64,000 nt of DNA, taken from Bacillota bacterium (GTDB taxonomy: Bacteria; Planctomycetota; UBA8108; UBA1146). The notes beneath the pieces are model-generated. The model was not told the origin of the DNA and ran no database searches. It was given only the letters and a program-made list of their open reading frames with translations. A program made the translations under genes and the position numbers. This document shows, piece by piece, positions 38,552 to 46,504 of the stretch; position 1 is the stretch's first letter; each line of letters opens with the position of its first letter. The stretch lies in the NCBI GenBank assembly GCA_003973385.1, contig QNYK01000090.1:10345-74344 (forward strand), given 5' to 3'.

Positions 38552-40312
38552 ATGATCGAGCGGCCACGGGAGGATTTCGAGTCGAGTCGAGCGACCTCTG
38601 GAAGTGCAGAGGCTGGCGCATCTGATCGAGATCATCGGCTGAAATTGCTCGAAACGCTGGCGCTTCGAAGCGCCGAAGAGATGCGACTCCCGAGACAACT
38701 GCTGATAGATCCCCTTCAGTCCGGAACGAGCGAGAGTTATTCGGGAACCACCCTGGATCATTGCATCGATAGAGCCAGAACCTCCCCATCGCAGAACTGG
38801 AAGGTGATCCTGTCGGGAGGCCTCAGAACATTGGTCGGGCAGTTCGCGAATTTCGCAAGGCTGCTCGCAGTTCTGAATGATGAAGGCGTGCCCCTTCAGG
38901 CGCTCCCTCCGGAAGCGGTAGTGCTGGGATCCGATGGTCAATTGCGACTCAGGATCGACCGGATCGCCCTCGATGTCGATGATCGACTCGATGAGCTGGC
39001 GTGTCGTATCGCTCCCGAGATCCTGCTCTCCAAGGAACCCATCGCTGCTCGTGAATGCCAGATTGTCTACGCGCTGGCGGTGTTGATTCATGAGTGCGCC
39101 ATCGGCCGCCCCCCATGGTCGGGGCGCTCGGCGACAGAGGTCGCGGATCGATTGCTGTCCAGATCTCATGGTCCATCTGCCGGTGAAAGTATTTCAGAGC
39201 TTCCAGGATTGCTCGGATTGCTCGAAGATGCTCTCTCTCTCGACAGCGAGGATCGTCCGGCAAGTTTGCGCGGTTTTGCAAGCATGCTCGATGCGGCGCG
39301 CGATGGAGCTCGTCCTCGAGCGCGCAGAAACAGCACCGGAGAGGTCGGGAAGCCTCGCCGTCGCTGGATTCCTGTTGTGGGGGGGATCGGGCTGGTGCTC
39401 ATCGCCGGCTGGCTCGGCAGGTCGACGGCAGCGGGTCCTGCGACGGAGGATCTGATACGAGATCTCTCATCAGCGATGCTGGCGAGGCCATTGCCAGTTC
39501 ATGCCGAGGATGCCCCGGTCCATTCGCTCGGGCAGACTCTGCTCGATCTCCATGGTGAAAGAGCGATGACCTTGCGTCAGGATGCCGCTGTACAGCGCCA
39601 GTTGGCCTGGGTCGCGCTGCGAGCGGGGGATCCTCGAGCCGCCCGCATCGCCGCTCGATATGCCATTCAGGTCGATTCAACTCGCCCGGGTCCCTGGATC
39701 GTGCTGGGGATCGCTGCGATTGAACAGGGAGATCAGGCGGGGCTGCTCGAGATCGATGTGGGTATGGATCTGGAGCCGACCGATCGATTTGATCTGTGGA
39801 GCAGGGCTGCTGCCCAGATGTATCTGTTTCGCTTCGACTCTGCAGCGGATACGTTCGAGAAGATCACCCTCATGGATCCCTCGGATGCAGATGCCTGGTT
39901 TCATCATTCACTCGCTTCACTGCGCAGTGGAGATGTGCTCTCTGCATCCGCCTCGCTCGCCAGGTCTCGTAGAATTCGCCCCTTCGATGGCTGGATCGAT
40001 TGGCTCTCTGCGGAGATCGCTCATAGCGAGGGGCGCGACGGGGAGGCGCACAGGGTGCTCGAGGAAGCGACGACACGCTTCTCCTCATCCGCAGCCTTGG
40101 CACTGCGCATCGGATCGCTGTGGGATCGGCTAGGGGATACGTCCAGGGGCAAGGAGTGGATCCGGAGAGCTGACTCGCAACTCTTGACCTCGCCCCTCAG
40201 GGAGTGGCGAGAGGCGGGTCGATTTGTCGAGGAAGGGCGAGCCCACCTGCTGCTGGGGCCGCCCTCTCCTCCAGAGCCCTCTCCTCCAGAATCGATGAAA
40301 ACCGATGAATAA
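38552..40312 (+). CDS. Truncated Ser/Thr-kinase-like pseudokinase (C-lobe only) + TM segment + TPR repeats
   Basis: 'LQALPPEAVVL' aligns with HRDLKPENVLL. 'IDRIAL' stands in place of the DFG. The 'IAPEILL...VYALAVLIHECAIGRPPWSG' block is retained. A TM segment 'WIPVVGGIGLVLIAGWLG' follows, then TPR-like repeats. Confidence 0.6.
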   Translation: MIERPREDFESSRATSGSAEAGASDRDHRLKLLETLALRSAEEMRLPRQLLIDPLQSGTSESYSGTTLDHCIDRARTSPSQNWKVILSGGLRTLVGQFANFARLLAVLNDEGVPLQALPPEAVVLGSDGQLRLRIDRIALDVDDRLDELACRIAPEILLSKEPIAARECQIVYALAVLIHECAIGRPPWSGRSATEVADRLLSRSHGPSAGESISELPGLLGLLEDALSLDSEDRPASLRGFASMLDAARDGARPRARRNSTGEVGKPRRRWIPVVGGIGLVLIAGWLGRSTAAGPATEDLIRDLSSAMLARPLPVHAEDAPVHSLGQTLLDLHGERAMTLRQDAAVQRQLAWVALRAGDPRAARIAARYAIQVDSTRPGPWIVLGIAAIEQGDQAGLLEIDVGMDLEPTDRFDLWSRAAAQMYLFRFDSAADTFEKITLMDPSDADAWFHHSLASLRSGDVLSASASLARSRRIRPFDGWIDWLSAEIAHSEGRDGEAHRVLEEATTRFSSSAALALRIGSLWDRLGDTSRGKEWIRRADSQLLTSPLREWREAGRFVEEGRAHLLLGPPSPPEPSPPESMKTDE

Positions 40313-40394
40313 TCTCTGATCGCCACCGTCATCTCTCTCGAGAGCCATTCGGAAGCAACAACGCTTCCTGAAACTCATGAGAAAGGAGTCGGTG

Positions 40395-40865
40395 ATGTCG
40401 ATCCGAGCCCTGTTGCTACTGGTTCTGGTGTCGTCTCCGATGGTGGCATCGGCCGCCACTATCGAAACTCGATCGTCGCTGAGGAAACGATGTCTGCCCA
40501 GAAATCAGCAGGTCACAACCGTGTCGTGCACATTGCACTCGCATCTTCACGAGTTCCTTCCGGGAGTCCGGTACGGCATCCGCAACGGTGGGTGTGTGCG
40601 CAAATTCCGTGATGGAAGCATCCAGGTATGGAGACCGGCAACGACCAGGATCCAGTTCTGCCAGGTCCGTGGTCCTGACCGTTTCCGGGCGGTGACCCGC
40701 TACAGGACCGTATTCAGATGCGGAGTGCCGGTGAGACGAGCGTTTCGGGAACGAGTCCGCGTCCCTGGCCTCATGCGAAAGGTACCTCGCAGGGTCCATG
40801 TCGCAGGAGCCTGGATCTTGCAGAAACCCGCATGCGGGATCTTCGCAACGGCTTCTCTCCACTGA
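40395..40865 (+). CDS. Small secreted Arg/Cys-rich hypothetical protein
   Basis: AAGGAG lies 6 nt upstream of ATG 40395. The signal peptide is 'MSIRALLLLVLVSSPMVASA'. A strong hairpin terminator sits just downstream. I recognise no family. Confidence 0.55.
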   Translation: MSIRALLLLVLVSSPMVASAATIETRSSLRKRCLPRNQQVTTVSCTLHSHLHEFLPGVRYGIRNGGCVRKFRDGSIQVWRPATTRIQFCQVRGPDRFRAVTRYRTVFRCGVPVRRAFRERVRVPGLMRKVPRRVHVAGAWILQKPACGIFATASLH

Positions 40866-40884
40866 GCCTTCCCCCCTTGCCCCC

Positions 40885-40921
40885 GGGGCCGACGGGCACT
40901 CCCGTCGGCCCCGGTTCTTTT
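40885..40921 (+). terminator. Rho-independent terminator
   Basis: GGGGCCGACGGG-CACT-CCCGTCGGCCCC, a perfect 12-bp stem, followed by GGTTCTTTT. It starts 20 nt after the stop at 40865. Confidence 0.7.
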
Positions 40922-41526
40922 GACAGGCGCCCACTTGACCTGCTGCTGGTGTCCCCCCATATTCCTGCCAAACCTGGGTTCTGGGCATGAGATACCGCGC
41001 CCGGGTCGAGGGAGGCACCGAGCCGAGGTCTGTTCGGTCTTGCTGCTCATCCCTGGAGTGTGCTCGCCCGCTCACCTCTCGACTCGCCTTGCGAGTACAT
41101 CCCACACAATGCTGTCGATTCGTGTCGCGTTTTCTGTCAATTCTCGATCTTGCCTGGATCGAGAATCGGGGAGAATTCCGGTGGCTCCGCCAGTGCAGCC
41201 AGATCGGGACGGGGGAAAACGGCGGAGACCGGTCAGTTGTGGGGAAGCAGTTGCCCGACGATCGAAGCACCTGACGGGATCAGGATTCGACAGTTCGGGA
41301 TCCAGGCAGCAAGATCACAGGTCGGGAGCAGGGGCTCCGGAAGAGTTTGTGCCTGTCCTTGGTTCTGCCGGGGCAGGTTGCGAGGGAGCCAGGCGCTCGG
41401 CGGTCCGCCGAGCAGGCCTGGCGAGCCATGCAGAGAGCGAGCCACAAGGTCGGAAACGGCGTTGGCGGTCGTCGCGGTGTCGCACCTCGTGCCAGTAGTG
41501 GGCAACTTCCCGATCAGGATCTGGCA

Positions 41527-41535
41527 CCCCCCCCC
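41527..41535. repeat. C9 (G9 on the minus strand) homopolymer tract
   Basis: Read directly from the sequence (ctggca-ccccccccc-acatc). It lies inside the unassigned 40.9-41.8 kb region. Confidence 0.95.
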
Positions 41536-41670
41536 ACATCGGATCTCCCATCTGGTACCGATCTGCACACCGCTGGCAGTGCACGACTGTTGGAACAAAT
41601 CCGCCTGTCCGTCCCTACACACTTCCTGGGCAGGTTTCACCCAGTCCTAGTGACTTTCAGACCCAAGCTT

Positions 41671-41698
41671 CTCCTCGCCGAGTAGGGACGGCGAGGAG
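41671..41698. other. GC-rich hairpin (10-bp stem CTCCTCGCCG/CGGCGAGGAG, 8-nt loop) with no U-tract
   Basis: Read directly from the sequence. It lies 138 bp upstream of the 41836 start and 21 nt after the stop of the unsupported ORF 41060..41650. Confidence 0.5.
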
Positions 41699-41709
41699 AT
41701 ATCGATGGC

Positions 41710-41738
41710 TTAAAATCACCGAATTTACCGTTCATAAT
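41710..41738 (+). promoter_or_regulatory. Candidate sigma70-like promoter (TTAAAA-17 nt-CATAAT) for the 41836 gene
   Basis: This is the only AT-rich patch in the upstream region, with the hexamers spaced 17 nt apart. The promoter consensus for this lineage is unknown to me, so the call is weak. Confidence 0.25.
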
Positions 41739-41835
41739 CTTTACGGCTGAAGCCGCGGGAGATAGCCTATCCGTCTGGATTCGTTACGGTCATTCCGGAT
41801 ACCTGGGTCACTGCCATGCGGAGCGGGGGGATGCG

Positions 41836-44800
41836 ATGGACGGAAAAACTCCGGTCGCCGAGGCGGGTCACGATGATCTGCAGCAGGCACCTCGCCAGCG
41901 AGCCTTGCACGCGCTCCGCTCCTGGATCCAACTCGGCATCGATCCTGATCCTGGCGAGGAAAAGGGTGCCGCCATCTGCTCATTGGCACTCGTCAGTGGC
42001 GTCAGCGGCGTCGGCAAGACGCACCTCATCGAAGCGGCGCTGGAGGTTCCCCCGGAGGATGTCGGTTCCATCCTCAGTTGTCAGGTCAATTGCCACGAGC
42101 GTCAGGGGATCCCGTTCCTGCCGATCCTTCGACTGGTCAAGGATCTCATCATCGAGCATGGCGAGACGCGCGGCCTGTGGCGCCGATACGCGCATGTGCT
42201 GGTTCGCGTGTTTCCCGAACTCCAGTCGGAAGTGGAGCGAGGCCAGCAGCGTGAGCCCTTGTCGGGCTGGAGTGGACGGATCCAGTTTCATCAGGCGCTG
42301 ACGGGAATCCTCTGGGAACTGGCCCGCGAGCGCACATTGGTGCTGGTTCTCAATGATCTTCACCGCAGTGATCCGGGCACCATCGAGTTCATCGACTACC
42401 TGGCACGGAATTCGGCCCTCTCCATGGAGACGGTCCAGGGTCCGGGGAGCCACGAGTCGAAGGGGGACTCTCGAGACTGGAAACAGATCCGTGCTCGAGA
42501 GGGTCGATCTGGAGAATTTGCCAGTTCCCTAGTCGAGAACCAGGAGGGCAGCGAGCCGCAGCCACCGCAGGCTCGAGGTCGTCTGCTGGTGATCGGAGAT
42601 CACTGCTGCGATGCGCCTCCGGAGGAGCTGGAGGCACTGTCCAGACAGCCGTTTTGCCGAACCGTGCAACTGCCAGCCCTTTCGGTGGAGGAAGTGAGTG
42701 GATTGGTCTGCGAGCAACTCGGCACGGAACCTGATTCCCGACTCGCCGAGATGATGACCGAGGCCTGTGATGGAAACCCACTCCTGGTGCTGGAGATGTG
42801 TCGGTTACTTCAGGAAGGTGGGGTCGCATCTCCGCTCGAGGCGGAGAGTGTCGAGGCATTGCTGGCCAGTTCCAGAGCGGCTGACCTTCCACAGGTCCTC
42901 GTCGGCCGCAGGGTTGCGTCGTTGCCACCGCTCGAGCGTCGAGTACTCGAACACCTGGCGATGTTACGTCGGCCGGTTCAGGCGGCGCAGCTGGTCCGTT
43001 CCTGTCAGGTCTCCGAGGAGCGACTGGCTGTGGCGATGGAGTTGCTGATCGATCGCGGGTTTGTCGATCGCCACCAAGCAAGGGGTGCCATCCGCTACCT
43101 CATCAGCCATGAAATCCACATGCAAGGTATCCGATCCTCGATCCGCCCAGAGGTCGCCAGGAACCTGCAAAAGGAACTGGGTCAGTCCCTGGCCGAGGAT
43201 CCACGTAGCCGGGACCCGGTGCGCGCCTTCGAGGTGCACGAACTCCTCGCTGCAGGAGATGAGCCGACATTGGCGATCCCCTACGGGCTGATTGCGATGA
43301 GGTACTTCGCAGGAGCCTACGCCGAGCCGCTGGCGATTCGCATCGGACGAAGAATGCTCGACTTCATCGGGGCCGAGGGAGACGCAGCAGTGCGTAGTGA
43401 GATTCTCGGTCAACTGGCTCGCCTCGAGGTGGAGACCGGTCAGACAGAATCTGGAAAATTGCACATCAAGATGCTCCTCGAGGATCCGGCAACCGAAGCG
43501 GTCGATCGTGTCGAGGCCCGCATTTTTCTCGGTGAGATCTACCTACTCCTGCAGCAGCCGCTCAAGGGGATCCGAGCGCTGAACAAGGTCAGTTCTGCGG
43601 ATCTTGAGCAGGTCGATCAGTTGATGCCAGTTCGGCTCACTTCACTTCGCGCGCAGCTTCGGCTTCAGCGCCGTGATATCAAGAGGGCGATGAGCCTGTG
43701 CCTGAGGGCGCAAAAGGAACTGGCCGGACTCGAACAGGAAGCCGGAGCTGACCCGTTGTCGAGCCGCATCCTGGAGACGCTTGCAGAGACGCATCTCGCC
43801 CGCGGAGACTCCGCAGCGGCACTCAACAGTTACCAGACACTGCTCGACAGGGTCGAACGGTCACAGGACCCGGTGGCACTGGGATCGGTGCTGCGAACCA
43901 TCGGCAGGGTCTATTACGATCGAGGCAAGCACTTCAGGGCTGCGCGCTACCTGTTCAGGGCGTTGGAGGTTGTTGACAGATCGCAAGATGTGAGGGCTCT
44001 CGCTGCTACCTACGAGCTGCTCGGCAAGGTGTATCGAAATAGTGGCGATTTCTCGAGAAGCCTCGAGCATCTTCGCCGCTGTCTCACGCTTCGCGAGCGG
44101 ATCGGAGACAGCCGTCAGATCTCTCCTACTCTGAACTCCATCGGAAGTTTGCATGCCCACTCCGGCGACTACGGAAGGGCGATCCGGTTCTTCAAACGCA
44201 GCATCTCCAACAGTGAGAAGTATGGAAATACCGAGGGAATCGTCCGCTCGTTCCTGCACCTGGGCTGGGCCTGGTTTGCGCTCGGAGAGAGGAAGCAGGT
44301 CGAGAATCTATCGCGCCAGATCCTGATCTTGACCCAGGAGTTCGATCTGCCAGAGCACCAGGCAGAGGGGCACAGGCTCCAGGGTAATCTGGCACTGTTG
44401 CGGGGGGACTGGAAGTCCGCTGATCGAGAGTTGAAGAAGTCCTTCGATCTCGCCCAGAAGCAGGGGCTGGATCGGGTAGTTGCCGCCAGTTTGTTCGATC
44501 GCGCCCAGCTCAGCACGGAGCGGGAAGCTTTCGAGGAGTCACTGAAGTTCGTCAGCCGCGGACTGCTCACTGCCGAGTCATTGCAGGCGGTCCCTCTGAT
44601 CGTCAGAGGATTGCTGGTCAAGGGCGCCATCAGCCGACAGCGTAATGAAGACGGGCAGAAAAAAGCTCTCGAGTACTACGAGAGAGCTCTCCAGATGATC
44701 AGCGGAGATTCCCTGCTGCCCCTCCAGTGGCAGATCAATTACGCCATCGCCAGGGTCCAGCAAGGGTCCCACGATTTCCAGGGTGCGAGGGTCAACTACG

Positions 44801-46191
44801 ATCGAGCAGCTGCCATCATCGAGAGAATATCAACACGACTGCCAGAAGATATGCGAGTCGTGTACCTGGGTGATCGCAGGCGTAAGAACTTCTTTGCAGA
44901 CCTTCAACGCTTTCGCCGTGAGTCGGATTACCCACCACCGGCCGTGGCCGGACCGGGGCCGTCCACTGTCACCGATGCAGATCCTGAAACAGCATCGCTC
45001 TCAGGTGCCTCTCTGGATCAGGATCGCCTTGCTGCAGTGACCAATGCCATCTCAGAACTCGGGAAGCGAGATGAATTGCGCTCCTTCCTTGAAGGCTTGC
45101 TGGAGCAATGTCGAAAATTGGTCCCCAGTCCCCGCGGTTTCATTGCGGCACGACGGCGGCGGAGGTGGCAGAGCCTCGCGGACATCGACATGGGAATTGC
45201 CGGGGACTGGCTGCCACCATCCCAGGTGCTCGGGGCCCTGGCCCAGGAGTGCATCGAACGATCGATGCCGATGCGAAGTGGGTCGAAGTCCTGGGATGAG
45301 TGGATCTCAACTCATCCGCAGGGTGATTCCGTCAGGGGCAGGAGTCTACTGGCGATCCCGTTCTCGGCCCAGGAAATGCTCTCGGCAGCGCTGGTGCTGG
45401 AACGGCCCACTGCAGGGAACCCGTTCCAGGATCGAGATGTAGCGGAGATCGAGAGATTGCTGTCGCTGGCCCAGGGCCAGCTGGTAGCCCTGTCCAGAAA
45501 CTCGCAGATGCTCGAGTACCAGCAGAGCGAGATCGGGTCGCTGGCTGCGTTTGACGCAGACATCGATCAGTTCCTGTCGCGCCACCACAGAGAAAAGCAG
45601 CCGCTGGGCTTTCTGGAAGTGAGCTTGCCCGGCTTCGATATCTTGCTCAGAGAGCGTGAAGACGAGAACTTTGTGGTCCGGTTACTTCAAATTTTGCAGC
45701 CGATCACGGGTGTCTATCACACCGGTGGCGATCACCTGGTGTGTGTGATGATCGGGCCAGGTGAAGATGATCTTCGCCAGAAGAGTCGTGATCTTCAGCA
45801 TGCTCTTCATGACCTTCGTGAGGAGTTCGGATTACCGGTAGAGGTCCCCGTCAATATATTGCCGCACTGGTACCCTGTCGGCTCTGTCGAGATCACGGAA
45901 CTCACCAGTGGTCGAGTCGATCTCTTTCGTTCCTCCCAGAAGCCCGACCTCGATCAGGAAGTGGCACGATTGACCTCGGGTGAACTGACCCTCAAGGAGG
46001 CGAAGGCAGCACTGGAGCGTCGTTACATCATTGCAGAACTATTCAGAAGCGGTGGAAATATCACCCGAGCTGCAGAGGCTCTGGGGATCCATCGACCTCA
46101 ACTGTCAAACCTTCTCAAACGCCACGAAATCCGCAAGGAAGACTTCGAAGCGGACAGGGATAGATCAGCGAAGGCTCCAGGATCCCCCTGA
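41836..46191 (+). CDS. Giant STAND-type regulator: AAA_16 P-loop NTPase + TPR array + GAF-like + degenerate GGDEF-like + Fis-type HTH
   Basis: Walker A 'GVSGVGKT', Walker B-like 'LVLVLNDLH', and many TPR-like repeats. A GAF-like block reads 'LLAIPFSAQEMLSAALVLERP'. 'GGDHL' stands where GGDEF would sit. The C-terminus is 'GGNITRAAEALGIHRPQLSNLLKRH'. Confidence 0.85.
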   Translation: MDGKTPVAEAGHDDLQQAPRQRALHALRSWIQLGIDPDPGEEKGAAICSLALVSGVSGVGKTHLIEAALEVPPEDVGSILSCQVNCHERQGIPFLPILRLVKDLIIEHGETRGLWRRYAHVLVRVFPELQSEVERGQQREPLSGWSGRIQFHQALTGILWELARERTLVLVLNDLHRSDPGTIEFIDYLARNSALSMETVQGPGSHESKGDSRDWKQIRAREGRSGEFASSLVENQEGSEPQPPQARGRLLVIGDHCCDAPPEELEALSRQPFCRTVQLPALSVEEVSGLVCEQLGTEPDSRLAEMMTEACDGNPLLVLEMCRLLQEGGVASPLEAESVEALLASSRAADLPQVLVGRRVASLPPLERRVLEHLAMLRRPVQAAQLVRSCQVSEERLAVAMELLIDRGFVDRHQARGAIRYLISHEIHMQGIRSSIRPEVARNLQKELGQSLAEDPRSRDPVRAFEVHELLAAGDEPTLAIPYGLIAMRYFAGAYAEPLAIRIGRRMLDFIGAEGDAAVRSEILGQLARLEVETGQTESGKLHIKMLLEDPATEAVDRVEARIFLGEIYLLLQQPLKGIRALNKVSSADLEQVDQLMPVRLTSLRAQLRLQRRDIKRAMSLCLRAQKELAGLEQEAGADPLSSRILETLAETHLARGDSAAALNSYQTLLDRVERSQDPVALGSVLRTIGRVYYDRGKHFRAARYLFRALEVVDRSQDVRALAATYELLGKVYRNSGDFSRSLEHLRRCLTLRERIGDSRQISPTLNSIGSLHAHSGDYGRAIRFFKRSISNSEKYGNTEGIVRSFLHLGWAWFALGERKQVENLSRQILILTQEFDLPEHQAEGHRLQGNLALLRGDWKSADRELKKSFDLAQKQGLDRVVAASLFDRAQLSTEREAFEESLKFVSRGLLTAESLQAVPLIVRGLLVKGAISRQRNEDGQKKALEYYERALQMISGDSLLPLQWQINYAIARVQQGSHDFQGARVNYDRAAAIIERISTRLPEDMRVVYLGDRRRKNFFADLQRFRRESDYPPPAVAGPGPSTVTDADPETASLSGASLDQDRLAAVTNAISELGKRDELRSFLEGLLEQCRKLVPSPRGFIAARRRRRWQSLADIDMGIAGDWLPPSQVLGALAQECIERSMPMRSGSKSWDEWISTHPQGDSVRGRSLLAIPFSAQEMLSAALVLERPTAGNPFQDRDVAEIERLLSLAQGQLVALSRNSQMLEYQQSEIGSLAAFDADIDQFLSRHHREKQPLGFLEVSLPGFDILLREREDENFVVRLLQILQPITGVYHTGGDHLVCVMIGPGEDDLRQKSRDLQHALHDLREEFGLPVEVPVNILPHWYPVGSVEITELTSGRVDLFRSSQKPDLDQEVARLTSGELTLKEAKAALERRYIIAELFRSGGNITRAAEALGIHRPQLSNLLKRHEIRKEDFEADRDRSAKAPGSP

Positions 46192-46251
46192 GCGGCACGA
46201 CGCCGATGTGCCGCATTTCAGATGCGCTGCTTCCTCCGGGTCAATAAGAAG

Positions 46252-46284
46252 GTAGGCCTCGGCGCTGGTAGCGACGAGGCCTAC
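46252..46284 (-). terminator. Hairpin terminator between convergent genes (mainly for the histone-fold gene)
   Basis: GTAGGCCTCG and CGAGGCCTAC form a 10-bp stem, extendable with one mismatch. On the minus strand it is followed by CTTCTTATTGA. It starts 29 nt after the stop at 46313. Confidence 0.55.
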
Positions 46285-46312
46285 GAATCTGACACCATGC
46301 GTGTCTTGTCGA

Positions 46313-46504
46313 CTAGCAGATGAAGTCGTGGGAACGAACGGTCTTGCGTCCATTCTGGCTGGCGCGCTTGGCGGCCTGCTCGATGCACTGGTGCAGGATC
46401 TCGTTGAGTCCGTCGAGGGCATCGCCTCCGACGTTCACATCGTGCTGCTTGAGCGCTGCCTTTGCCTTGCTCCCGACGAGCAGCATCTCGCGTTGATTGG
46501 ACAT
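46313..46504 (-). CDS. Bacterial histone-fold protein (singlet, alpha3-truncated; HBb/Bd0055-like)
   Basis: 63 aa. The layout helix-loop-long helix-loop aligns with archaeal HMfB, including 'QNGRKTVRSHD' against 'HAGRKTIKAEDI'. GC3 by hand count is about 81%. It has its own RBS-like AAAGGGGA and its own terminator. Confidence 0.8.
   Translation of the reverse strand: MSNQREMLLVGSKAKAALKQHDVNVGGDALDGLNEILHQCIEQAAKRASQNGRKTVRSHDFIC

Noticed and set aside
40416-41270. A 284-aa minus-strand ORF spanning the small secreted gene and part of the gap.
   Set aside because: Its 3' portion (40416..40865) is antisense to a gene with an RBS, signal peptide and terminator, and the ORF runs through that gene's terminator hairpin. 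Its translation is extremely Arg/Ser/Pro-rich.
41233-41640. An LPTTG (LPXTG-like sortase motif) inside the 135-aa minus ORF.
   Set aside because: The motif is mid-protein and is not followed by a hydrophobic segment and basic tail. The ORF has no signal peptide. I treat it as a chance match, and the ORF itself is left unassigned (see findings).
41270-41700. A tmRNA or RNase P RNA hiding in the unassigned region (GGATTCGACAG at about 41283 resembles the tmRNA 5' GGAUUCGACGGG).
   Set aside because: There is no matching 3' T-arm/ACCA end and no Ala-rich tag reading frame. There is also no GAGGAAAGTCC or ACAGAAACCCGGCTTA-type RNase P conserved region on either strand.
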